Shown here: positions 9,761 through 18,901 of the stretch, piece by piece
Layout of the letters: every line of letters starts with the position of its first letter
Position numbering within the stretch: the stretch's first letter is position 1
Origin: an uncultured virus (IMG/VR IMGVR_UViG_3300034110_001238)
Taxonomy: Duplodnaviria; Heunggongvirae; Uroviricota; Caudoviricetes
Reading direction: 5' to 3' (one strand)
Length of the DNA: 64,000 bases
IMG/VR virus record: IMGVR_UViG_3300034110_001238
Notes under the pieces: generated by a model
The model's input: the letters and a program-made list of their open reading frames with translations, nothing else
Told to the model about the DNA's origin: nothing
The model's database searches: none
Program-made: the position numbers and the translations under genes

Positions 9761-10648
9761 ATGTTATCAAAACTCGTCAATGATTTCAAAAATTTTGAAA
9801 ATAAACAACAAGAAGAAATTAAAAAGACTAAAACCGTTATTTCGGAATATGAGGTCATCTTGGTAGATTTTACGGCTGAATACAAAGCCATTAACTTTTT
9901 CAAAAGATTGTTTGCGTTTGCCAAAAGAAAGCAATTAAAAGAATTGAAATCCTTCATTGCTGAAAAAGAAACATTATCAAAACAATATTCAAAAGAAATT
10001 GTGAGCAAAAAACAATCACTCTATGACAACTACACAAATCAACTTATCATGTCACAACAAGAAAACAATACCAAATATGAAGACATTAATAAGAGAATTC
10101 AATTAGCTACTGATTTATACAATACTATTCATAAGACAAAGAAAGCTGGTGATTATGTCTTAAAAGAGATCAGTGAAGCCCGTTCAGCTATTAGCTCAGC
10201 TAAATCAATGGAAACCTTAGACATGTTCACCAAAAATAAAGGTATCTCACTGATGTCTAGTATGAGCACCAGTACCGCTCGTTCAGAAGTGAATGATGTG
10301 ATGCCAGCTATTAATAAATTCAAGAAAGAACTTGAATACACACGTCTCAAAGTCAATGAAGTTCAACTCGATTCCTTATGGACTACGTTAGATTTTGTTT
10401 TTGATATGTCTGATAATGGTTTCATGGATACATTTTCAAGTTTCATGGTGTTAAACAGCTTAGGCAATACTGATGGTCAACTGTACAATGTTGCCGTGAA
10501 GATTGAAGAAATCATGAAAACTATTAATAATGATTATAATGAAATTAAACAACAACTGGATGCTGAACAAAACATCAAGAATACGTTTGTAGATAATTTT
10601 AGAATTCAGGCAAAGTTAGCATTAAATCAAGAAGGTATTGCAATTTAA
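9761..10648 (+). CDS. coiled-coil hypothetical protein
   Basis: Long helical ORF with AGGAG RBS. Confidence 0.75.
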   Translation: MLSKLVNDFKNFENKQQEEIKKTKTVISEYEVILVDFTAEYKAINFFKRLFAFAKRKQLKELKSFIAEKETLSKQYSKEIVSKKQSLYDNYTNQLIMSQQENNTKYEDINKRIQLATDLYNTIHKTKKAGDYVLKEISEARSAISSAKSMETLDMFTKNKGISLMSSMSTSTARSEVNDVMPAINKFKKELEYTRLKVNEVQLDSLWTTLDFVFDMSDNGFMDTFSSFMVLNSLGNTDGQLYNVAVKIEEIMKTINNDYNEIKQQLDAEQNIKNTFVDNFRIQAKLALNQEGIAI

Positions 10649-10822
10649 TACTTGATTTTTTATAAAAAGGAGGTTATTATTCATACAGCCTCCTTTACCA
10701 CTTTATGTGTCTATGGCTAGCCGCTTCCAACTTGGCGAACTAAGGATCTTTCAAACTTAACTACTACTAATTGCCTATAAGCAATGGAAGCACTTTTTGG
10801 ACATCAATTAGGAGTCTTAAAA

Positions 10823-11302
10823 ATGAAATACGAAACCACCAAACAAAATATCAAAGCATCGGCCAAAAATCTTTCCAACTACTTGCTCGAACAAGGTGTA
10901 TCTTTGCCTAACAACAAGATACTGGAAGCATTGGCAAAAGTCTTCTTCATGAAAAACTGGAATACACTGGAAGGTGCAATAACTAATCCAGAAAAAGTCA
11001 AACATATTGAAACAAACAAAACATATTTAATCGAGACTGATGTAGATTGCAGCAAAGATGTGCTGTTAAAACTATTCAGAGACGCTTTTAATGAAGGCAA
11101 ATGTGTCTTTAACATGGTTAACTACCAAGAACGTGGTAACATTCATTTAATTGAACTTGATTTAACTAAGAATAACAACAATATCATCACTGCTTTGATT
11201 ATACTCGGAGAAAAGTTTAAGAAATCAAAATACACCGTGAAACGTATGGATTTAGTGCGTCTTTTCACTGAAAAAGAATCGCTAACACCCTTCTTTAAAT
11301 AA
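10823..11302 (+). CDS. protein with glyoxalase-superfamily-annotated (Glyoxalase_8-like) N-terminal helical domain
   Basis: KASAKNLSNYL...LEALAKVFFMKNWNTL pattern; AGGAG RBS. Confidence 0.6.
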   Translation: MKYETTKQNIKASAKNLSNYLLEQGVSLPNNKILEALAKVFFMKNWNTLEGAITNPEKVKHIETNKTYLIETDVDCSKDVLLKLFRDAFNEGKCVFNMVNYQERGNIHLIELDLTKNNNNIITALIILGEKFKKSKYTVKRMDLVRLFTEKESLTPFFK

Positions 11303-11330
11303 CAAAAAAGGAGCTTAGGCTCCTTTCTGC

Positions 11331-12095
11331 TTAAATCAACAAAATATCTAACAGTGTTTTCTCTTCTGGTGTCATTCGTTCCCAAAACAAATGAAAGTTC
11401 GCTAAGGTTATCTGTGTGCTATCAAACATATTTTCTTCTAGCAGTGATATCTTTTTACTGGTTGCTCTATTTAATATCTGAACCACATTTAATTGATTAC
11501 CTTCAAATTCAATATAGTCAGGATATGTTTGTTTAGATTCATCATTATAGTCATCATAACAAATATGAACAGTTTTTTTATCATTTTTAAAAAGAGACGC
11601 AATAATAAATTGATCAGGAGCATATTTAAAACCAACATCTACACGAATTAAGCTTGGTTTATCTAAAACTAGATTACCTGTTTGTCTAATTTCGAAGTGT
11701 TCAAAAAACGGAACATCAACGGTTTCTGGATACAGATTATATTGTTGTGCTGCATCACTGTAATAACTTTGAAAGGAGCTTTCATAATTTAAATCTGCTT
11801 TCTTAATATACTCCATATTACTTTCAGTATTTTTAATCCAATATTTTTCTTTAACATTTGTATCATAAACATTAATAATTAAAATCAATTCATCAAAAAT
11901 TTGAAAGTATAATTTTGTTAAATTTTTAAATTGTTGAAAACCTGATTTTATAAGCAAATCATAAAATAATTCTGAGCGATGACTTTCAAAACAGACAGTA
12001 GTCGCTGGTGTTCTTAAATAACGAAAAAGCGTTTCTTTTTCTGTCTCGATATCAACAAACAATAAGTGTATATCGGTATTTTCCAAATCCATCAT
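11331..12095 (-). CDS. hypothetical protein, tandem paralog family A
   Basis: Shares GFKY..D and ITLxNFHLFW with neighbours. Confidence 0.8.
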   Translation of the reverse strand: MMDLENTDIHLLFVDIETEKETLFRYLRTPATTVCFESHRSELFYDLLIKSGFQQFKNLTKLYFQIFDELILIINVYDTNVKEKYWIKNTESNMEYIKKADLNYESSFQSYYSDAAQQYNLYPETVDVPFFEHFEIRQTGNLVLDKPSLIRVDVGFKYAPDQFIIASLFKNDKKTVHICYDDYNDESKQTYPDYIEFEGNQLNVVQILNRATSKKISLLEENMFDSTQITLANFHLFWERMTPEEKTLLDILLI

Positions 12096-12136
12096 ATAAG
12101 AATCCTCATTTTAAATATTTTTAAATATGTAAGCGA

Positions 12137-12916
12137 CTACACCATTAACATTTCAATCAATGTTAGTTGTTCAGCAGTGTAACGTTCCCAGAAAAGGTGA
12201 TAATTATCAAGTGTAATATGAGCATCAAATTCATCACGAACATTCATCATCGACATCTTTTTCTGATTCTTTGGATTAAATATTATTAAATCGACCAGTT
12301 CATCATTAATAAACTGAATAAATTCGGCATACATATACTGACAGTTAGGTGTATAGGTATCATATTGAATTTGTATACGTTTATCCGCTCTATCAAAAAC
12401 AGAACCAAACATAAATTTATCTTGACCATATTTAAAACCTAAATCTAATCTAAGCAGTTTCGGTGTTTCATAAGCTGACCGAACTAGATAATTAACGTAA
12501 AAAGGCATATCTAAAGATTCTGGAAAGAGTTTATGATTAAAGACTTCACTATCGCTATGAAAATCTTTAAATGAACCATTATAAGCCTTTTTATTACTAA
12601 ATGATTCTACCGCTTTCAAGTTCGCTGTAGAGTTGTAAAGATAATATTTTTCTCTCATTACAAAATTATCGACACTGGCTTCTAAGTAAACAACGAAAAT
12701 ATACGCTCCTAAAACTTGAAAGTAATGTGGAGTGTCAGCCGTCTTAATTTTTGAAAAACCAGCGTTGCTAAAAACATTGTCTAGCATTTCATAATTGTAG
12801 TTAATAAAAGCAACACACACATCTGTTTCATACACATGGTTAGAAAATTCGTTCGCATCAAAGGTATTAATATTTACAGTGATAAGCTTCATCTCATTGT
12901 TTTTTAAATCAATCAT
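12137..12916 (-). CDS. hypothetical protein, tandem paralog family A
   Basis: GFKYGQD, ITLDNYHLFW. Confidence 0.8.
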   Translation of the reverse strand: MIDLKNNEMKLITVNINTFDANEFSNHVYETDVCVAFINYNYEMLDNVFSNAGFSKIKTADTPHYFQVLGAYIFVVYLEASVDNFVMREKYYLYNSTANLKAVESFSNKKAYNGSFKDFHSDSEVFNHKLFPESLDMPFYVNYLVRSAYETPKLLRLDLGFKYGQDKFMFGSVFDRADKRIQIQYDTYTPNCQYMYAEFIQFINDELVDLIIFNPKNQKKMSMMNVRDEFDAHITLDNYHLFWERYTAEQLTLIEMLMV

Positions 12917-12926
12917 TATTCAATCC

Positions 12927-13685
12927 TTATATTGCAGACATTTCAACAAGAAGTTTTTGTTCTGGTGTAAAATCATTCCAAAATAAATGAAAGTTATCCA
13001 AAGTAATAGCAGTGACATCTATAATATCAGAATCCTGTGTGATATCTAAATTTATTTTTTTTGTTTTGTTGATTAATCTAGCAACATTCATGCGGCCAGC
13101 AACAAATTCAATAAAATCAGAACATAAATGATCAAATTTATCAACATAATTTGTATAACTTATGTGGACATAACTGCCTTTCCGATGAAAAATTCTAACT
13201 GACATCATTTTATCTTTTTCGTATTTAAATGAAAGTACAATTTTATTAATTTTAATTTGTTCATCAATGATATGAGTAACATCAAACATTTCATTAAATG
13301 GAGTTTCCAAGGTTGTATCATAAAATTGATAAATACTCTCATTGATACAATCTAAAGATTCCAAGGGATCATAGGATTCCTTAAAATTATTTTCAATATA
13401 ATTAAGATTTCCGTCAGTTAATTGAACCCAGAATTTATCCCTAATATAGAAATCTTCTACATGAACTAGAAGTATCTTTCCATTAGTAACCTTATAGTGG
13501 ATAGTTCGTAATGTTGAACTGATGTCTTTAAACCCATGAAAAAGCAAAATATCTTTAATAATAGATTCATCTTCATAAAAATATACGGTCGTACCAATGG
13601 TTGTCAACGCCGTCATGAAAATATCGTTAGGTAGACTTTTAGTAACGAATAAAACATTAGGTTCTATGTTTTTAATATCCAGCAT
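12927..13685 (-). CDS. hypothetical protein, tandem paralog family A
   Basis: SFKYEKD, ITLDNFHLFW. Confidence 0.8.
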   Translation of the reverse strand: MLDIKNIEPNVLFVTKSLPNDIFMTALTTIGTTVYFYEDESIIKDILLFHGFKDISSTLRTIHYKVTNGKILLVHVEDFYIRDKFWVQLTDGNLNYIENNFKESYDPLESLDCINESIYQFYDTTLETPFNEMFDVTHIIDEQIKINKIVLSFKYEKDKMMSVRIFHRKGSYVHISYTNYVDKFDHLCSDFIEFVAGRMNVARLINKTKKINLDITQDSDIIDVTAITLDNFHLFWNDFTPEQKLLVEMSAI

Positions 13686-13760
13686 GATAAGACCTCATTA
13701 GAATGCCAGTATTATAGCACATTCCATGTAGAGATATCAATAAAAAATAACCCTATACGT

Positions 13761-14531
13761 TTATTCAATCAGCATTTCAATAACTGTTAAAGTTTCTTTA
13801 TTAATTTTTTGGAAAAATAAATGATAGTTATCAATGTTGACATGACTGGTATCAATTAATGAATTTAGGTTGGTTGATTTAACAGATCCTTTCTTGTTTT
13901 CCACTGCATAGGATATTAATGTTCCATATTCAGAGAATGTTAAGTCTGTTACAATTAGGTTATTGTTGTCTTCATTTGAAATATATTGAACATCAAACAT
14001 GCCGTCCATCCAAACTTGTTCAATACGGTATTTTAAATCTTGATATTTAAATACACTATACGTCACACCCATATCCAGATGCTCAGGAAAATCAAAAACT
14101 TCTTTATAGGCTTTTGTGTTACTTGTTATATAAAATGCATTTCCAAGCAATGTTTCTTCGGAGTCACCAACCGTTGATAAAAGTTGAAGAGCGTTCTCAC
14201 GATTTAAGCTCTTAATGATATTAAGATTTCGTTCATTGTTTAAGATGTATGATTTTGATGATATATAAGATTTATTTGTGTTATTTAAACGTGCTATGTC
14301 AATTAATAGGATGTAATTGTCAAAAGATTTAAAAAGATATTCACTGGATTCTAAATTGACAATAGAGATAAAGCCAGCTTGTTCTAAAAGAGATGACTTT
14401 ATTACATTGTCATCAAATACTGCAGTTTTCCCAACTTTGAAAATGATATGCTCTAATTCATCAATGGTGAGAGGTGCAGCGTATCGTATTCGATTTTTCA
14501 ATTTTTGCTCCTTAAAAAAAATGAAGGTCAT
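13761..14531 (-). CDS. hypothetical protein, divergent family A member
   Basis: FKYQD, VNIDNYHLFF; GGAGG RBS before 14531. Confidence 0.75.
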   Translation of the reverse strand: MTFIFFKEQKLKNRIRYAAPLTIDELEHIIFKVGKTAVFDDNVIKSSLLEQAGFISIVNLESSEYLFKSFDNYILLIDIARLNNTNKSYISSKSYILNNERNLNIIKSLNRENALQLLSTVGDSEETLLGNAFYITSNTKAYKEVFDFPEHLDMGVTYSVFKYQDLKYRIEQVWMDGMFDVQYISNEDNNNLIVTDLTFSEYGTLISYAVENKKGSVKSTNLNSLIDTSHVNIDNYHLFFQKINKETLTVIEMLIE

Positions 14532-14554
14532 TTGACCTCCATTCTTATGTTGTT

Positions 14555-15556
14555 TTAAATAACTTCGTGATATTTGAGTTCTTTCTTTAAGTAACAATAA
14601 AGAATAGGAGCGGCAATAAGCCCAGTGACACCAAATATAGATTCCATTATCAACATTGCAACTAAGAGTTCAAATGCTTTAGCTTCTATTCTACTACCGA
14701 TAATTTTAGCATTCAAGAAGTATTCGAATTTATGTATGAAAATTAAATAAGCAAAGGCACTGACACCTACATACGGTGAAACGGATAAACCAACAAGCAA
14801 TACAATCGCATTCACAATCAAGTTACCCGCAATAGGGATTAAACCGATAACAAATGTCAAGATGATGATAGTTTTTGCGAATGGGAAATCAACACCAAAG
14901 AGCGGCATAGCAATAAGCAAGAACAATGCAGTCATTACAGCATTAAAGAGTGCAATACCTGCTTGTGCAACCATTACATGTTTGAAAGACTCAATTAAAT
15001 GTGAATAACGTGTTTTTAGTGAATCAAGAAACATCTTATCAGTTTTAACATAATCACTAGCAGCAATCATAATACCAATAATCATACCCAAGATCATAGT
15101 AATCAACGTATGAGTTGCACCACGACTAAATTCTCTTAGTACAAATAGATTTTCTTTCATGAAATCAACAATACTGACTTTTAGTTTATGAATATCTTGT
15201 GGGAAGAATCCTGATATTTTTGGCGGTAAATCTTTTATTGTCTTATCAAGCACTGTTGTGATTTCATTAACAATCATGTCTGGATTACTAACAGTCTTAT
15301 AGAGCCAAGAGAATGAATACATCGAGATAAGTGTTAAAAAACCTATAATAATAAGAGATATGACGACAGTAGAAACAAACTTAGACATATTTCCAAGCTT
15401 CATATACTTATTCATCATGTCTTCTGAAAATCTCATCATAAGAAATGTAACCATACCTGCGAGTAATGCGGGTAGTAAAGATATCTTCATAATCGTTATA
15501 AACCCTATTACCATCAGGCATATAACACCAACGTCTACTTTTTGTCTTAATTGCAT
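14555..15556 (-). CDS. AI-2E (PerM-like) family transporter
   Basis: Multi-TM; GLIPIAGNL, HKFEYFLNAKIIG, FGVTGLIAAP. Confidence 0.85.
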   Translation of the reverse strand: MQLRQKVDVGVICLMVIGFITIMKISLLPALLAGMVTFLMMRFSEDMMNKYMKLGNMSKFVSTVVISLIIIGFLTLISMYSFSWLYKTVSNPDMIVNEITTVLDKTIKDLPPKISGFFPQDIHKLKVSIVDFMKENLFVLREFSRGATHTLITMILGMIIGIMIAASDYVKTDKMFLDSLKTRYSHLIESFKHVMVAQAGIALFNAVMTALFLLIAMPLFGVDFPFAKTIIILTFVIGLIPIAGNLIVNAIVLLVGLSVSPYVGVSAFAYLIFIHKFEYFLNAKIIGSRIEAKAFELLVAMLIMESIFGVTGLIAAPILYCYLKKELKYHEVI

Positions 15557-15716
15557 ACAATACAACTCCTGTTAATGAATAGTTACATCATATAGCTTAG
15601 ACGTATAAAATCAATAAAAATATGATCGTTTATAAAAAAAAATAGTAATAAGATGTCTCAAATATTGAATGTCATTATTTTTACTGTATGATTAGACACA
15701 TATTAGGAGAAACCCA

Positions 15717-16520
15717 ATGCCAGAATTACCAGAAGTCCAATGCGTAGTGAACTCACTCGCTAGCATAGCAAACAAAAAAATCAAAAATGTTGAAGTCTAC
15801 GATAATAGACTGCGTGAACCTGTTCAACCCAATCTAGATAAATTATTAGATGGTCGAACTATTAAGAATGTCGAACGTCGAGCTAAATGCATTATTTTCA
15901 ATCTGGACAAAGGTTCTATTGTCGCTCACTTAGGTATGACAGGAAAATTTCTTATCCAACCAGAAAAGATTGATGATAAATTTAATCGAGTAGCGATACA
16001 GTTTGAAGACGGTTCATATCTCGTCTACAATGACATTCGTAAATTTGGCTTCATTACCTATGAAAATACACCAACCGATAACAAATTTGTAAAGCATCTG
16101 GGTATAGAGCCTTTAACTGACGCTTTCACAGGGGATTATCTTTATTCCTTATCAAGAAACAACAGAAAGAATATCAAGCAGTTTTTACTGGATCAAAAGT
16201 ATGTGGTAGGGCTTGGTAACATCTATGTGATTGAGTTAATGTATATCTGTGGCATAAGTCCGTATTCAAAAGCAATGGATTTAACGCTAAAACAATCAGA
16301 GATGTTGGTAAAGGAAACTAAAGACATTTTAAACAAGTCTATTATAGCAGGTGGTTCCTCTATTTCCGATTACCGTGACGCTTTTGACCAAGAAGGGAGT
16401 TTTCAAGATAATTTTCATGTGTATGGTAAGAAAGAAGATTCATTAGGTCATGCAGTGACCAGAATTAAACAAGGTGGTCGTGGCACCTATTACTGCCCTA
16501 TATGTCAAAACTGTCCATAA
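15717..16520 (+). CDS. mutM: formamidopyrimidine-DNA glycosylase
   Basis: N-terminal PELPEV, HLGMTG, GLGNIY, terminal CPICQ (first Cys pair of the zinc finger absent). Confidence 0.95.
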   Translation: MPELPEVQCVVNSLASIANKKIKNVEVYDNRLREPVQPNLDKLLDGRTIKNVERRAKCIIFNLDKGSIVAHLGMTGKFLIQPEKIDDKFNRVAIQFEDGSYLVYNDIRKFGFITYENTPTDNKFVKHLGIEPLTDAFTGDYLYSLSRNNRKNIKQFLLDQKYVVGLGNIYVIELMYICGISPYSKAMDLTLKQSEMLVKETKDILNKSIIAGGSSISDYRDAFDQEGSFQDNFHVYGKKEDSLGHAVTRIKQGGRGTYYCPICQNCP

Positions 16521-16584
16521 GTATCAAATTGTTATTAAGCAGACTAAAAAGCCTACTATTAATGTAGGTTTTTTGTTGTCTCAT

Positions 16585-17298
16585 TTATTTCTTTTTTGTT
16601 TTCTTTACTTTGGCATCAAGTAAGGATTGAAATTCATTTTTAAACAATGATGTGTAAACAGCAAGATCCAAAGGTTCATTGATATTGATACGCAATTCTT
16701 GTCTATTCTTGGTCTTAACAAAAGGAACAGATAACACAACGGTCGGTGTTAAGACTTCATCGACAATTAAGAGTTCTAGATTAGCCGTCAATTTTAAAGG
16801 ACGTGTTTCCAAACCAGTGGTCAAATCAATAAAAGAAACCTTAGCGACACGTTTGTTATAATCAGGATAAATAGAATGATAGTAGGCTCCAAAGGATTGA
16901 TAAACCTCTTGGTGTTGATAAAACCACGATAACGATATTTTTGCTGGATAACTGATATCCTTAATAAGTCCAACAGATAATCCAGTCAGAGCATAGCTAT
17001 TAATAATATCAACCACATGATTAAAATGAATTTTACCTAACCATTTATTAATATTGTTAACATTAGTAACGCCTTCAAAATTTAAATTTAACAAATACTG
17101 ACTAGTTTGTATGCCAGTGGGTATCATGATGGCATTTAACAGAGTTTCATCACTACTGGTTGATTTGATAAGGTATTGCTCCACTGATTGAGATGGATAA
17201 GTATTGGCTTCTATACGAACAACATCATTAGCTTTTGAATAAGGTGAGTGTTTTAGAATTTTTTCGTAGAGCTTAAGTATATCTGTCTCTTTGGTCAT
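16585..17298 (-). CDS. hypothetical protein
   Basis: ORF with GGAG RBS. Confidence 0.7.
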   Translation of the reverse strand: MTKETDILKLYEKILKHSPYSKANDVVRIEANTYPSQSVEQYLIKSTSSDETLLNAIMIPTGIQTSQYLLNLNFEGVTNVNNINKWLGKIHFNHVVDIINSYALTGLSVGLIKDISYPAKISLSWFYQHQEVYQSFGAYYHSIYPDYNKRVAKVSFIDLTTGLETRPLKLTANLELLIVDEVLTPTVVLSVPFVKTKNRQELRININEPLDLAVYTSLFKNEFQSLLDAKVKKTKKK

Positions 17299-17372
17299 GC
17301 ACCATCTCCATTATATTAACATTTCTATTATCTTATGATGATTGAAATCAAAGTCAACGAGCACGAAATCAT

Positions 17373-17401
17373 TTGACTTTGAAACGAACCTTTGATAAAA
17401 T
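17373..17401 (+). promoter_or_regulatory. promoter P1 of Leu leader
   Basis: TTGACT-17bp-TAAAAT with extended TG. Confidence 0.7.
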
Positions 17402-17425
17402 ATAAGAATTAACGAGGACGAAATT

Positions 17426-17488
17426 ATGTTCACAACTATTCGATTATCACTGCTACTCTTAAGCTCACTATTACTTAGCTTGGGCTAG
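17426..17488 (+). CDS. Leu-rich leader peptide MFTTIRLSLLLLSSLLLSLG
   Basis: GAGGA RBS; 9 Leu codons of 20, covering TTA, TTG, CTT, CTC, CTA and CTG. Confidence 0.8.
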   Translation: MFTTIRLSLLLLSSLLLSLG

Positions 17489-17498
17489 CATCTATTTG

Positions 17499-17594
17499 TC
17501 TGCATTTTGGACAATTAGATTGTCCAGATGCAGATGACCTCGAATATAAAAACTCGCCTCATTTCGCATCTGGACCCCAAAAGGGTCTTTTTTT
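17499..17594 (+). promoter_or_regulatory. attenuator-like alternative hairpins and intrinsic terminator
   Basis: Hairpin 17499-17534; alternative pairing TCCAGATGC(17523-31)/GCATCTGGA(17566-74) overlapping terminator GACCC-CAAAA-GGGTC-T7. Confidence 0.75.
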
Positions 17595-17684
17595 ATGGGC
17601 GAATGTCTAGGGTTAACTACAACTATAAATAACGTAAATCATTGATTTAAAAGGAAAATATTTTAAAATATTTTAAAATAATTG

Positions 17685-17713
17685 TTGACAAAGAAGAAAA
17701 GAGTTGGTAAGAT
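17685..17713 (+). promoter_or_regulatory. promoter P2 of tRNA array
   Basis: TTGACA-17bp-TAAGAT with AT-rich upstream region. Confidence 0.75.
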
Positions 17714-17765
17714 AGTAAACATGAAGAGTGAGGAAACAAACAAACACTCTTAAAGAAATAAATAT

Positions 17766-17850
17766 GCGGATGTGGCGAAACTGGTAAACGCGACTGTCTC
17801 AAACACAGTTTCTATAATGATTGTGAGTTCAAGTCTCACCTTCCGCACCA
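17766..17850 (+). tRNA. tRNA-Leu(CAA), slightly divergent
   Basis: Cloverleaf, ACTGT-CTCAAAC-ACAGT, one T-T mismatch in acceptor, ACCA end. Confidence 0.85.
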
Positions 17851-17949
17851 AATAAAGATTTAAAATTGGGTTGCTCCGGTTCCCACTGGAAACTTTGAAA
17901 CATAGTAATTATTAGCTTGTAACTCACTATTATCAAAGTCAAACCCCTG

Positions 17950-18033
17950 ATGAGTATGATGTAATGGTAGCCATAATGTCTTCGCTTAGACATGCCCCAT
18001 AAAGGCGTAAGGGTTCGAGTCCCTTTACTCATT
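17950..18033 (+). ncRNA. tRNA-like RNA with aberrant 8-nt anticodon loop, no encoded CCA
   Basis: ATGAGTA/TACTCAT acceptor, D arm, ATGTC-TTCGCTTA-GACAT, long variable arm, AAGGG-TTCGAGT-CCCTT. Confidence 0.65.
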
Positions 18034-18040
18034 AAGATAT

Positions 18041-18124
18041 GCGATTGTGGTGGAATGGTATACACGTTGGTCTAAGAAGCCAATGCCGCAAGGATTGAGA
18101 GTTCAAGTCTCTCCAATCGCACCA
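18041..18124 (+). tRNA. tRNA-Leu(AAG)
   Basis: TTGGT-CTAAGAA-GCCAA; full cloverleaf; ACCA. Confidence 0.9.
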
Positions 18125-18156
18125 GATTTATAGTAAGATATGTAGCTACAACATAA

Positions 18157-18240
18157 GCCCCGATGGCGGAATGGTAGACGCGGCGGATTCAAAATCCGTT
18201 TCCGAAAGGAGTGGGAGTTCGAGTCTCCCTCGGGGCACCA
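18157..18240 (+). tRNA. tRNA-Leu(CAA)
   Basis: GCGGA-TTCAAAA-TCCGT; ACCA. Confidence 0.95.
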
Positions 18241-18262
18241 AATTGATGTAAAGAAATATCAC

Positions 18263-18346
18263 GCGGAAGTGATGAAATGGTAGACGTGCTGGCCTTAGAA
18301 GCCAGTGTCGAGAGACGTGTGGGTTCGAGTCCCACCTTCCGCACCA
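18263..18346 (+). tRNA. tRNA-Leu(TAG)
   Basis: CTGGC-CTTAGAA-GCCAG; ACCA. Confidence 0.95.
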
Positions 18347-18350
18347 GATT

Positions 18351-18500
18351 GCTTAAATGATGGAATGGTAGACATAGGGTGATAGCCCTGTCATTACAGG
18401 TTCGAATCCTGTTATTAGTATCTTACTAATATGGCGGAACGGTAGACGCGATGGACATTGAGTCCATGACTTGTAGGTTCGACTCCTACTTTAAGCGACA
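18351..18500 (+). ncRNA. double (domain-swapped) tRNA-like RNA with two D arms and two T arms
   Basis: GCTTAAA(18351-57) pairs with TTTAAGC(18490-96); internal TATTAGTA-TCT-TACTAATA hairpin lies between T arm 1 and D arm 2. Confidence 0.75.
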
Positions 18501-18506
18501 AATTAT

Positions 18507-18590
18507 GCGTTAGTGGTGGAATGGTATACACGCTGGTCTAAGAAGCCAGTGCCGAAAGGATTGTGAGTTCGAGTCTCACCTAACGCACCA
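18507..18590 (+). tRNA. tRNA-Leu(AAG)
   Basis: CTGGT-CTAAGAA-GCCAG; ACCA. Confidence 0.9.
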
Positions 18591-18601
18591 AATTTAGATA
18601 T

Positions 18602-18687
18602 GCCCGAATGGTGAAATTGGTAGTACACAGGAGACTTAAAATCTCCCGCTGAAAGGCGTGTCGGTTCGAGTCCGACTTCGGGTACCA
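18602..18687 (+). tRNA. tRNA-Leu(TAA)
   Basis: GGAGA-CTTAAAA-TCTCC; ACCA. Confidence 0.95.
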
Positions 18688-18701
18688 AATTATGAGTTAC
18701 T

Positions 18702-18786
18702 GCGGAAGTGATGAAATGGTAGCACATGCTGGTTTCAGAAACCAGTGCCGCGAGGCGTGTGGGTTCGAGTCCCATCTTCCGTACCA
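18702..18786 (+). tRNA. tRNA-Leu(CAG)
   Basis: CTGGT-TTCAGAA-ACCAG; ACCA. Confidence 0.95.
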
Positions 18787-18797
18787 GATTTAGATAT

Positions 18798-18883
18798 GCC
18801 CGAATGGTGAAATTGGTAGTACACAGGAGATTCAAAATCTCCCGCTGAAAAGCGTGTCGGTTCGAGTCCGACTTCGGGTACCA
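18798..18883 (+). tRNA. tRNA-Leu(CAA)
   Basis: GGAGA-TTCAAAA-TCTCC; ACCA. Confidence 0.95.
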
Positions 18884-18901
18884 GATTGTACATGTGTTTA
18901 T

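Noticed and set aside
15685..15700. Possible LexA box before mutM (CTGT-N8-ACAC)
   Set aside because: Mismatch in the invariant CAG half-site and overlap with the -10 element; none seen at uvsE
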